From assembly GCA_023247475.1 (NCBI GenBank), contig JAHFGK010000001.1, forward strand, positions 13,230 to 50,505: a DNA stretch of 37,276 nt. Direction: 5' to 3'. The stretch's first letter is position 1. Each line of letters begins with the position of its first letter. Below, in pieces: positions 17,029-25,497 of this stretch. Below the pieces are notes generated by a model, which did not search any database, was not told the origin of the DNA, and saw only the letters and a list, made by a program, of their open reading frames with translations. Made by a program: the position numbers and the translations under genes. The stretch is from Candidatus Omnitrophota bacterium. GTDB lineage: Bacteria > Omnitrophota > Gorgyraeia > Zapsychrales > JAHFGK01.

Positions 17029-18822
17029 TTAAGTTCTTAAAAATTGTTTGTCTAAGAAAGATTCTGTCATCTCCACAACGGTAGGTCTTCCATGCGGACA
17101 GGTGAAGGGATCGCGGCATTTGATGAGTTGGTCGCGTACGAATTCGGCTTCTTGAGGGTTTAAGGAATCACCGGCCATAATGGAACAACGGCAGGCCCGA
17201 CGGGCAATGGTTTCGTGATCGCAGCGGATTACACTTCCACCCGCCAAAAGATCACGAACGGATTTTTCCGGTTCTTTTAAGAGTATAGGATAAGTATGAA
17301 CGGCAATGGTCTCCGGGTCCCATTGGTTTGTTGCAAAGCCAATAGTATCGAGCCTCTCTTTGGCCTCTTCCCAATTGACAATTTCCTGCGGAGATAATTT
17401 AATAAGATAAGGACTTAGCAAATGTTGAACCTCTACGGTGCCTTTTTGTAATTGTTTTATAAAATGTTCAAAGGTGATCCGCTCTTGAGCGGCGTGTTGA
17501 TCGATAACCAAAAGAGAAGTATCCACTTCAAAGAGAAGAAATTTATTGATGAATTGACCAAGATAGCGGGCGCGGAACAATTTTTTTTGCAGATGACTTT
17601 GTTTTTGGGTCACTAATGTTTTATCAGTGAAAGAAAATTCTTCCGTCTGTGGAAAAGCATACTGCTCCGTTGGATTCGGTTGCGTGGGTCCGGGAGAGGA
17701 GTGCTCCCAAATTTCCATTGAAGAAGGCTCATCAAATGCGGCTTCTAAGGGTTTTGTTCCGGCTAAGGCACGTTCTACGGAAAATTCTTTTTGTAATTTT
17801 GTTCCCATTGTTTTTATTTGTTTGGTCTGTCCTTGAGAGAGCAAAGCTCGTTCACACAAATTCCTCAAAAGAGAAGCAACTCGAAACTCATCTTTAATTT
17901 TAACCTCGCGCTTGGTGGGATGAATGTTGACATCCACATCTTCAGCGGGAAGATTTAGATAAACCGCAAAGAAAGAAAAATTGTTGGGCGGCAAAATCAA
18001 TCGATAGACAGCATTTATATGAAAGGTAATATTTTTATTCTGAACTGGTCGGTCATTCACAAAGATAAATTGTAAATCCCGGCGCGAACGGACGATATTC
18101 ATATCTCCCAAAATCATCCGAATGGTGACTTCATCCTCCGGAAAATCTTGTTTGACTTCCGTCAAATGCTCTTTATCCAAATTAAGTGTTTCGGCAATTC
18201 GAGAAATAAGTGCAGAGGGTTGAAGGTCTAAAAGCGTTTTTTCCTGATGGGTTAAAAGGAATCGGCAATCAGGATAAAGGAGCGTGTAAGAGATAAAAAT
18301 ATTGAGGATTTGATTAAGTTCGGTCGTATTCGATTTTAGGAATTTCCGACGGGCCGGTGTGTTGAAAAATAATTCTTTAACTTCGATTTCCGTGCCGATG
18401 GTCGGCATGGGTAAGGGACGCAGATCTAAATTTTTTCCGCCGCGTAAATGGATTTCCCATCCCATATCTTGATTTTTGGTGCGGCTGCGTAACGTTATAT
18501 CCGCAATAGATGAGATGCTGTAGAGTGCCTCACCACGAAACCCAAGGGAATGGATATTATAAAGATCATCGGCCTTTGCAATTTTACTCGTAGAATGTCG
18601 CAAGAAAATCGTTTCAATATCCTCGCGTTCAATACCGACGCCAGTATCTTTGATATGAATTAAAGCTTTTCCAGCCTCTTTTAAGTGGATCTCAATAGTT
18701 TTGGTTTCGGCATCGAGGGCATTTTCCATGAGTTCTTTAATGACCGAGGCTGGCCGTTCAATGACCTCACCGGCGGCGATTTTGCTAATGACGTCAGGGG
18801 GTAGGATGTGGACTTTTTTCAT
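17029..18822 (-). CDS. mutL: DNA mismatch repair endonuclease MutL
   Basis: KIAAGEVIERPASVIKELMENALDA, LGFRGEAL, DVNIHPTKREV, endonuclease motif DQHAAQERITFE, CPHGRP. ATG 18822 preferred over GTG 18837. Confidence 0.97.
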   Translation of the reverse strand: MKKVHILPPDVISKIAAGEVIERPASVIKELMENALDAETKTIEIHLKEAGKALIHIKDTGVGIEREDIETIFLRHSTSKIAKADDLYNIHSLGFRGEALYSISSIADITLRSRTKNQDMGWEIHLRGGKNLDLRPLPMPTIGTEIEVKELFFNTPARRKFLKSNTTELNQILNIFISYTLLYPDCRFLLTHQEKTLLDLQPSALISRIAETLNLDKEHLTEVKQDFPEDEVTIRMILGDMNIVRSRRDLQFIFVNDRPVQNKNITFHINAVYRLILPPNNFSFFAVYLNLPAEDVDVNIHPTKREVKIKDEFRVASLLRNLCERALLSQGQTKQIKTMGTKLQKEFSVERALAGTKPLEAAFDEPSSMEIWEHSSPGPTQPNPTEQYAFPQTEEFSFTDKTLVTQKQSHLQKKLFRARYLGQFINKFLLFEVDTSLLVIDQHAAQERITFEHFIKQLQKGTVEVQHLLSPYLIKLSPQEIVNWEEAKERLDTIGFATNQWDPETIAVHTYPILLKEPEKSVRDLLAGGSVIRCDHETIARRACRCSIMAGDSLNPQEAEFVRDQLIKCRDPFTCPHGRPTVVEMTESFLDKQFLRT

Positions 18823-18834
18823 GGTTTTTATTTG

Positions 18835-18895
18835 CACAGATGATCACAGATGTAATATCTGCGATCATCTGTGTTTAAATCAGCGATCATCTGCG
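18835..18895. repeat. 17-nt palindromic repeat cluster (CACAGATGATCACAGAT family) at the mutS-mutL junction
   Basis: cacagatgatcacagat 18835-18851 pairs 16/17 with atctgcgatcatctgtg 18857-18873; a third unit at 18879-18895 overlaps the mutS stop. Confidence 0.85.
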
Positions 18896-21450
18896 TTGTT
18901 TCCTTCCATCATTTCCTTCAACTCCTGCAATTTATTCAACGCCGCCAACGGTGTTAAATTGTTGACGTCCATTGATTCGATGACGGACTTAACTTTTTCT
19001 ACAATCGGGTCTTTTTGAGACGAGAAAAAATTCAATTGGTCTTCTTTAAGAGTATTACCTTTGATTGTTTCCCGCAAGTTATTTTTTAGTTCGAGCTGCG
19101 TTAAGATTTGTCGGGAACGGTCAATCACGGGCTTAGGAATCCCCGCGAGTTTGGCGACATAAATGCCGTAGCTGTCATCGGTTGAACCGGGAATGATTTT
19201 ATGTAAAAAAATAATTTCATCTTTCCATTCCTTGACGGCCACATTGTAATTTTTTACACCTCTGTATTCATCGGCTAAAGCGGTGAGTTCATGAAAATGG
19301 GTAGCAAAAAGTGTGCGCGCCTTTGTCTTTTGTAAATATTCCGCCAGCGCCCAAGCTAAACTCAAGCCATCATAGGTACTTGTCCCGCGTCCGATTTCAT
19401 CCAGGATGATCAAACTGCGCTCGCTAAGATTATTTAAAATATCGGCGGCCTCATTCATTTCCACCATAAAAGTGCTTTGCCCCTTAGCGATATCATCATG
19501 TGCCCCGATGCGTGTGAAAATTTTATCGACGATCCCGATATGAGCTTTGGTGGCCGGAATATAACTTCCCATTTGCGCTAAAATGACCAGAACCGCTGTC
19601 TGTCTAATATACGTCGATTTCCCGGCCATATTGGGACCGGTTAAGACAATGAGATGATTTTCTTCACAATCCAGTATCGTATCGTTAGGGACAAAAGCTT
19701 CGGCGGAAGTCTTTTCAACAACCGGATGGCGGCCTTCCTTAATATCTATAATGGTATCTTCCGCGACCTCGGGAATAATATATTTCAAAGACTGAGCCAA
19801 AATGCTTAAAGAATAGATTACATCGAGTGTGGCGATGGCTTGACTGAAATTATGAAGATCGATCGAATGATTGAGGATTTCGGTTTGAATTTTTTGAACA
19901 ATCTCATTTTCAATCTTGATGATTTTATCCTGGGCGGTCAGGATTTTCTCTTCGTATTCTTTAAGTTGTTGGGTGATGAAGCGTTCACCATTGACGAGCG
20001 TTTGTTTGCGCATATAATCGGCTGGCGCGGACTTAAGATTAGCATTCGAAATCTCGATATAATAGCCAAAAACCTTGTTGAATCCCACTTTGAGCGAATT
20101 GATATGAGTGCGTCGAATTTCTTGCTCTTGAAAATTCTTAAGCCACTGATGACCATTTTCTTGAATTTCACGCAAAGAATCCAACTCGGAATGAAAACCT
20201 TTCTTAACGACCTTTCCCTCGTGATTGGACAAGGGGATTTCGGCATTGATGGCCCGTTCGAGAAGATTACGTAACACCGGGATATCCTCAAGTTGAAAAA
20301 GAGGATTTTGCGTGATGAGCGGATGAATGGTGTTTTGGATTTCCGGGAAGGAACTTAAAGCATTACGGATGGCCAGAATATCTTTGACATTGGTATAACC
20401 GCAGCTCAGTCGAGAAATGCTTTTTTCGATATCCGGGATTATACGTAATATTTCGCGAAGTTTCTTCAGGATCATGGGAGTGTCGTTCAATAAACTAACA
20501 GCTTTTTGTCGTTCGCTAATAGCAGCGGGACTTTTGAGAGGATGATACAGCCAATAACGGAGCTTGCGTTTTCCCATGGCGGTTAAAGTATGATCGATCG
20601 TTTTTAAAAGAGTCTCAAGTTCCAGACCGTGGGTGGCGGCCGGAGAGATAAAAACATAGTCATCATCGGCATAGAGAGAAATTTTATCGATGTGCCGAAG
20701 AGGTTGCTTGTTCATTTGTTTGAGATACTCTAAAAGAGCGCCGGTACTGGAAATGGCGGAAGGCAATTCTTCGATACCGAAACCATGCAGATTATGGATG
20801 GCAAAATGTTCGCACAAAGTTTTTCGCGCAATGTCGGGATTAAAGCACCAATCGTCGTGAGGACTTAAGATCATACTTTTGGTTTTTAATAAGGGGTGTT
20901 TAAGGATTTGCTCGACAGAACCTTTCATGCTCATCGGGAAAATGCATTCGGAAATAGGAAGTCTGGTTATGAGCTCAATTGTTTTACTTTGGTTAGAATA
21001 TTGATTGGTTTGAATCGTGCCGGTGGCGGAATCGATAAATGCCACGCCGATTGTTTTGGAATCCGGACTTAAGGATAACAGATAACGCGCCTCCGCAGTA
21101 TTTTCGCCTAAAAATGTTCCTGAGGTGATGATCCGGATGACATCCCGTCGGACAATGCCCTTGGCCAAGGCAGGGTCTTCCATTTGTTCGCAAATGGCAA
21201 CTTTGTATCCAGCCTTGATGAGTTTGGCGATATAAGTGTCTGCGGCATGATAGGGCAGCCCGCACATGGGGACCTCCAAAGGCGTGCCTCTCCCTCGCGA
21301 GGTGAGGACAAGATCGAGGATATGGGAGGCTACTTTGGCGTCACCATAAAACATTTCATAGAAATCACCGAGGCGGAAAAAGAGAATACAGTCTTTGTGT
21401 TTAGCTTTGACAGCTTGATATTGCTGAAGCATGGGGGTAGAGGTTTCCAT
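18880..21450 (-). CDS. mutS: DNA mismatch repair protein MutS
   Basis: TPMLQQY, FFRLGDFYEMF, GPNMAGKSTY, GQSTFMVEM, DEIGRGTSTYDG, FATHFHEL, SYGIYVAKLAG. ATG 21450 preferred over the track start at 21483. Confidence 0.97.
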   Translation of the reverse strand: METSTPMLQQYQAVKAKHKDCILFFRLGDFYEMFYGDAKVASHILDLVLTSRGRGTPLEVPMCGLPYHAADTYIAKLIKAGYKVAICEQMEDPALAKGIVRRDVIRIITSGTFLGENTAEARYLLSLSPDSKTIGVAFIDSATGTIQTNQYSNQSKTIELITRLPISECIFPMSMKGSVEQILKHPLLKTKSMILSPHDDWCFNPDIARKTLCEHFAIHNLHGFGIEELPSAISSTGALLEYLKQMNKQPLRHIDKISLYADDDYVFISPAATHGLELETLLKTIDHTLTAMGKRKLRYWLYHPLKSPAAISERQKAVSLLNDTPMILKKLREILRIIPDIEKSISRLSCGYTNVKDILAIRNALSSFPEIQNTIHPLITQNPLFQLEDIPVLRNLLERAINAEIPLSNHEGKVVKKGFHSELDSLREIQENGHQWLKNFQEQEIRRTHINSLKVGFNKVFGYYIEISNANLKSAPADYMRKQTLVNGERFITQQLKEYEEKILTAQDKIIKIENEIVQKIQTEILNHSIDLHNFSQAIATLDVIYSLSILAQSLKYIIPEVAEDTIIDIKEGRHPVVEKTSAEAFVPNDTILDCEENHLIVLTGPNMAGKSTYIRQTAVLVILAQMGSYIPATKAHIGIVDKIFTRIGAHDDIAKGQSTFMVEMNEAADILNNLSERSLIILDEIGRGTSTYDGLSLAWALAEYLQKTKARTLFATHFHELTALADEYRGVKNYNVAVKEWKDEIIFLHKIIPGSTDDSYGIYVAKLAGIPKPVIDRSRQILTQLELKNNLRETIKGNTLKEDQLNFFSSQKDPIVEKVKSVIESMDVNNLTPLAALNKLQELKEMMEGNNADDR

Positions 21451-21470
21451 GGGTACTATAGGGATTTTTT

Positions 21471-21556
21471 CACAGATGATCACTGATTAGAAGATACTGA
21501 TGAACACAGACATTTTATCTGCGATCATCCATCCCTTTTATCTGCGATTATCTGCG
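21471..21556. repeat. Same 17-nt repeat family upstream of mutS (two direct plus two inverted units)
   Basis: cacagatgatcactgat 21471, tactgatgaacacagac 21495, atctgcgatcatcc 21517, atctgcgattatctgcg 21540. Confidence 0.82.
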
Positions 21557-21719
21557 TTTAACTTATAGCATAAATTTTAATTTTAGGGAATAAAACTTTA
21601 TCGTTCTCTACAGGCGGACAAAAAATTTTTCATAAATAATATATTTTATCGTGACTACATATTATAATACTACTAATTTAGTTAGAAATAAGGATTTACC
21701 TTTAGGAGCCATATAGGTT

Positions 21720-23186
21720 ATGAAAGGTATTAGGGTTTTATTTCTAGCCGTTGGGTGCATCTATTTTATCTTGGGTTTTGTTTGTTTGCGACAAGCTCAA
21801 GGAGATAGCACTATCGCCGAATATCTGTCTCAACAGGGGAAAGTGTTGTATGAAAAAGGCAACATTTCCGATGCCATTCATCAACTCAGTAAGGCTCTCC
21901 TTGTTGATTCCAACAATAAACTCGCCAAGGAATATTTAAAAAAAATAGGATTGGACGAAGGTCTGTACGGTCGTTCGACCACACCTTTAATGCGGGTGAC
22001 ACAAATGACCGAAGGGCTAAAGATGTTAAAAGGGGAGGTTTTGGATTTACAAGAAGAAAATAAGATAAAAGGTCTTCGGACTAAACAGTTACAAGATGAT
22101 AAAAGTAAGCTCTGCGATATTTTAGATATGGAAAAAGAGGAAATGAATACACTCGCCATTAGAAATAGTATCCTAAAAAGCGATTTAAACGAGCGGGATG
22201 ATGTCGTTAATCATATTAAGCAGATTTATTCTAAGAAGGAAGTTGAGGCCGATCATCTGCAAAAATCTCTTGAGCATTATGAAGATCAGTTGCTAAAGAA
22301 GGATCAAATTCTGAGAATAAAAAATATGGATATTCAAAATTCTAAAGACGAAGCGATCTTTGCGGAGGCCAAGCTGTTAAAACGAGAGATAGAATTCGAA
22401 AAAAGAATCGCCCAATTGAAAGAACAGTATTTGAATAAGGCCAATGAAGCTAAGGAATTAAATAATTTGCTTTTCGAACTTGAAAATCAATTGGCTGGTC
22501 AGCTTTCTATACTCGATAAGAAAGATCATGAACTTACGGAAATCGATAAAAAGATTAGCAAGATGAAAGTTCAACCACGCCCGGTAGAGGATCAATCACC
22601 CAAGGTAGCAGAGAAAAGCCAATCCCAAGATAATCGCCAGGATTTTTCCCAAGAGAAAAACGCAAGTAAAGATGAGATCGAATCCTTAAGAAAATTATTG
22701 GCTGAAAAAGAAAAAGAGATCGCTCAGTTCAAGGACGCGACGACCCTTCAAGAAAAGCAGTTAGCTAAAATCGACAATTTGATTAAAGAAGACCAACTCG
22801 TGAAAATGGATAAAATAACAACTCAGGCGCCTTTGATGGAAGAGCAAGAAAAGGTTAAGTTTCTTAAAAAACAGGATCAGTATATCGCCGAATTAAAGGA
22901 AAAATTTGCTAAGACCAATCAACAGTTAAATGACTTGCTGCACAGTTCTGCCCAGACAGATGAGGTGAAGGTTACGATTTTAAGAAAGGAAATAGGGGAG
23001 TTAAAGTCCCAGATATCGGAACAGGAAAATTCCCTGCAGGAAAAAAATAGTGAAATCCAATTATTGGGAGAAAGATTGGCCGATGCTCAACAGCAGCTTG
23101 GGTTAGCCAAAAAGGTTATTAAAGAAAGAGAAGATCAGGTGAAAGATTTGGAAAAGCAATTGAATCAACTCCAAGGTGGGACTTAA
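21720..23186 (+). CDS. Exported protein with single TPR-like motif and long coiled coil
   Basis: Hydrophobic N-terminus; GKVLYEKGNISDAIHQLSKALLVDSNNKLAKEYL; K/E/Q/L heptad-rich remainder; AGGAG upstream at about 21704. Confidence 0.75.
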   Translation: MKGIRVLFLAVGCIYFILGFVCLRQAQGDSTIAEYLSQQGKVLYEKGNISDAIHQLSKALLVDSNNKLAKEYLKKIGLDEGLYGRSTTPLMRVTQMTEGLKMLKGEVLDLQEENKIKGLRTKQLQDDKSKLCDILDMEKEEMNTLAIRNSILKSDLNERDDVVNHIKQIYSKKEVEADHLQKSLEHYEDQLLKKDQILRIKNMDIQNSKDEAIFAEAKLLKREIEFEKRIAQLKEQYLNKANEAKELNNLLFELENQLAGQLSILDKKDHELTEIDKKISKMKVQPRPVEDQSPKVAEKSQSQDNRQDFSQEKNASKDEIESLRKLLAEKEKEIAQFKDATTLQEKQLAKIDNLIKEDQLVKMDKITTQAPLMEEQEKVKFLKKQDQYIAELKEKFAKTNQQLNDLLHSSAQTDEVKVTILRKEIGELKSQISEQENSLQEKNSEIQLLGERLADAQQQLGLAKKVIKEREDQVKDLEKQLNQLQGGT

Positions 23187-23217
23187 GATTCAACGGATCA
23201 GGGATTATTATTTTTAA

Positions 23218-23258
23218 AGGAGGCAATCCTTTACCTTAAAGGATTGCCTCCTATTTTT
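23218..23258 (+). terminator. Rho-independent terminator
   Basis: Perfect 16-bp inverted repeat aggaggcaatccttta / taaaggattgcctcct followed by ATTTTT, 31 nt after the stop. Confidence 0.85.
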
Positions 23259-23283
23259 AAAAGTGTGGAAAGTACAAAGAAGA

Positions 23284-23344
23284 CCTGCCTGCTGGCAAGC
23301 AGATATGACGAACGTCCACCTGAGGCGGATCCGCCTTGGGCGGA
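23284..23344. repeat. Cluster of small GC-rich REP-like palindromes
   Basis: cctgcctgctggcaagcag, then tandem tccacctgaggcgga and tccgccttgggcgga. Confidence 0.55.
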
Positions 23345-23375
23345 AAGTGAGGAATTCTCTTGAAGGCACAGAAAG

Positions 23376-23732
23376 ATGGTTATCTTTTTAATTTTCATCT
23401 TGATAGGGGCTAGTGGGTGTTCGCTAATGGATGCTTCGCAGAGCTCATCTTATCCATCAGGGCCATCGAATGCCGCTGGGGATTTACGGGATGTCCAGAA
23501 TACTTCTCTTCCATGTTCACAAGAAATTATAGTAGGGATGAATAAGACGGATGTTCAAAGGATCTTGGGGGATCCAACTTCTGGCCAGTGGGAGGATAAT
23601 CTTTGGAGTTATCAGTTGACTGAAAATGAATTTTTAGAAGCAGAATATGTGATTTATTTTGACACTGATACCGTTACCAAAGTTGAAAAACGATTGAAAG
23701 ACTCAAGAGTCAAGGTGGAAGGTTTATGGTGA
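23376..23732 (+). CDS. SmpA/BamE-like lipoprotein
   Basis: Lipobox GASG-C; IIVGMNKTDVQRILGDP...WSY...VIYFD..TVTKV signature. Confidence 0.7.
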   Translation: MVIFLIFILIGASGCSLMDASQSSSYPSGPSNAAGDLRDVQNTSLPCSQEIIVGMNKTDVQRILGDPTSGQWEDNLWSYQLTENEFLEAEYVIYFDTDTVTKVEKRLKDSRVKVEGLW

Positions 23733-23809
23733 TTTTTTAGAATACGAACTCGGCAATTACTATTTTAAATCTATATCAATAAAAAAGGAAGGCTCCTTGG
23801 CTATATCAA

Positions 23810-23838
23810 TTGAAAAGCCTAGCATAAAATGCTAGACT
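23810..23838 (+). promoter_or_regulatory. Putative sigma70 promoter
   Basis: TTGAAA-N17-TAGACT with extended TG; direct repeat ctatatcaat at 23771 and 23801. Confidence 0.45.
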
Positions 23839-23904
23839 TATCTTAAACCGATCAAGATAATTAAATAGACAACTGCCTTTCATCAACAGGAAAGAACTAT
23901 TCAG

Positions 23905-24645
23905 ATGTTAATAGATCGAATGACCGTTTTAGTCAAATTGAAGGGCTTTTTGAATGGAGAATTGTCCAAGGAAGAAGTTTATCATTGGGCCTTGAGTAAA
24001 GCGGTCTCTGAGGAATTCCTGAATCTCCCCCAAATTGATCCCCTCCTCTTTGAAACGTTACAAGCACTGGTCGATATTAATCACGAAGATGCGGAAGTCA
24101 TTTTTACACGGGAAGATTTAGAGTATTATCAGCGATGCTTGGAAGGTAATGAAGAGTTTAATTCGTTACGTGCGAAACGTACTCAAAACAAACCAAGGGC
24201 GGTTCCAAAAAAGTTTTTTATTGATCTCGATCTTATTGCGAGGATCTATGTTGTTATGTTTGGCATTTGTTCCGTGATTATACATTTTGTAGGAATTTTT
24301 ATTCCCAATTTTTTGAGAATGAATATTAATCCACCTTCTCGATTGGATTCGTTTCTAGACTCATTACCTCATTTTGTTTATGCTGTTTTTCTATTTTTAT
24401 CCCCTAAGGTTTTAGCCAGAGGGAATTTATATTATGTGGCCTTGATGGCGTCAACCTTTGGGATTTTTTACTATGTGAATCTCACATTTAATATTGTTAA
24501 AGCACTGGGAGTTCATATTTTGGTGGTTTTGGTGTTATTACCCTATGGAGGACTGCCCGCAGCTTTGGCTTTGTATTTATTGTTCAAAGCAAGAAAAGGT
24601 TATCTGGCCTTTGAAATGCCTCGTCAAAACGCTACTGGAAGTTAA
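23905..24645 (+). CDS. Hypothetical membrane protein (soluble N-domain plus about 4 TM)
   Basis: 246-aa ORF with four hydrophobic segments in the C-terminal half; 12-nt gap to pcm. Confidence 0.7.
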   Translation: MLIDRMTVLVKLKGFLNGELSKEEVYHWALSKAVSEEFLNLPQIDPLLFETLQALVDINHEDAEVIFTREDLEYYQRCLEGNEEFNSLRAKRTQNKPRAVPKKFFIDLDLIARIYVVMFGICSVIIHFVGIFIPNFLRMNINPPSRLDSFLDSLPHFVYAVFLFLSPKVLARGNLYYVALMASTFGIFYYVNLTFNIVKALGVHILVVLVLLPYGGLPAALALYLLFKARKGYLAFEMPRQNATGS

Positions 24646-24657
24646 GTTTTCTTCCCA

Positions 24658-25350
24658 ATGTATAAAACCATATTCTTGACAACGATTTTAATATTTTGTA
24701 TTCCTTTGTTTGTGCGTGCCGAGGAACAAGACCCTTTTTATTTGAAGCGTAAAAGAATGGTTGAAGATCAAATTATCAAGCGAGGTATATCTGATGCAAG
24801 GGTGTTAGAGGCTATGATGAAGGTCCCACGACATCTTTTTGTCCCACGAGAATCTTGGGATTATTCTTATGAGGATCATCCCGTAGGGATTGGGCATGGA
24901 CAAACCATATCGCAACCCTATATTGTCGCTTACATGACGGAAGTTGCTCATTTAAGCTCAACCGATCGGGTTTTGGAAATCGGGACAGGTTCGGGTTACC
25001 AGGCTGCCGTCTTAGCTGAGATTGTCCAAGAAGTTTATACGATTGAAATTATAGAAGAGTTGGCTAACACTGCTAGGCAGCGATTAGAAAAACTAGGATA
25101 TGAAAATATTTTTGTAAAGTACGGAGACGGTTATCAGGGTTGGAAAGAACACGCACCCTATGATGTGATTATTGTCACGGCAGCGCCTGATGAAACCCCT
25201 CAAGAATTGGTAGAGCAATTAAAAATAGGGGGGCGTATGGTCATCCCCATTGGGTCATTTTTTCAAGAGCTTTACCTGATTATAAAGACAGAAAAGGGTG
25301 TGGAAAAAACCACCCTACTCCCCGTCCGATTTGTTCCCATGGTTAAATGA
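24658..25350 (+). CDS. pcm: Protein-L-isoaspartate O-methyltransferase with N-terminal signal-like peptide
   Basis: VPRHLFVP, GQTISQPYIVA, VLEIGTGSGYQAAVLA, GDGYQGW..APYDVIIVTAA, QLKIGGRMVIP, VRFVPM. Confidence 0.95.
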   Translation: MYKTIFLTTILIFCIPLFVRAEEQDPFYLKRKRMVEDQIIKRGISDARVLEAMMKVPRHLFVPRESWDYSYEDHPVGIGHGQTISQPYIVAYMTEVAHLSSTDRVLEIGTGSGYQAAVLAEIVQEVYTIEIIEELANTARQRLEKLGYENIFVKYGDGYQGWKEHAPYDVIIVTAAPDETPQELVEQLKIGGRMVIPIGSFFQELYLIIKTEKGVEKTTLLPVRFVPMVK

Positions 25351-25497
25351 AGACCTTCTACGATCTCCTAGCTTATTATTGCGTCGAAAATACTTTATCC
25401 TTTAAAGTGGAAATTGTTTTTTAGGACGTTTATCGGGTATACTTTAGTATAAGTATTTATATAGGTAACTAAAATCCCAAGCCCAATCAGAGGGGAA

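Noticed and set aside
15320-17029. Active prophage or integrative element at mutL
   Set aside because: No integrase, transposase or phage gene, and the flanking copies are diverged; kept only as a relic insertion.
17627-22159. Small ORFs overlapping mutL, mutS and the coiled-coil gene
   Set aside because: They overlap well-supported genes and have no recognisable motifs or RBS.
21720-23186. SMC/chromosome segregation ATPase
   Set aside because: No Walker motifs or hinge; it has an export signal and only generic coiled coil.
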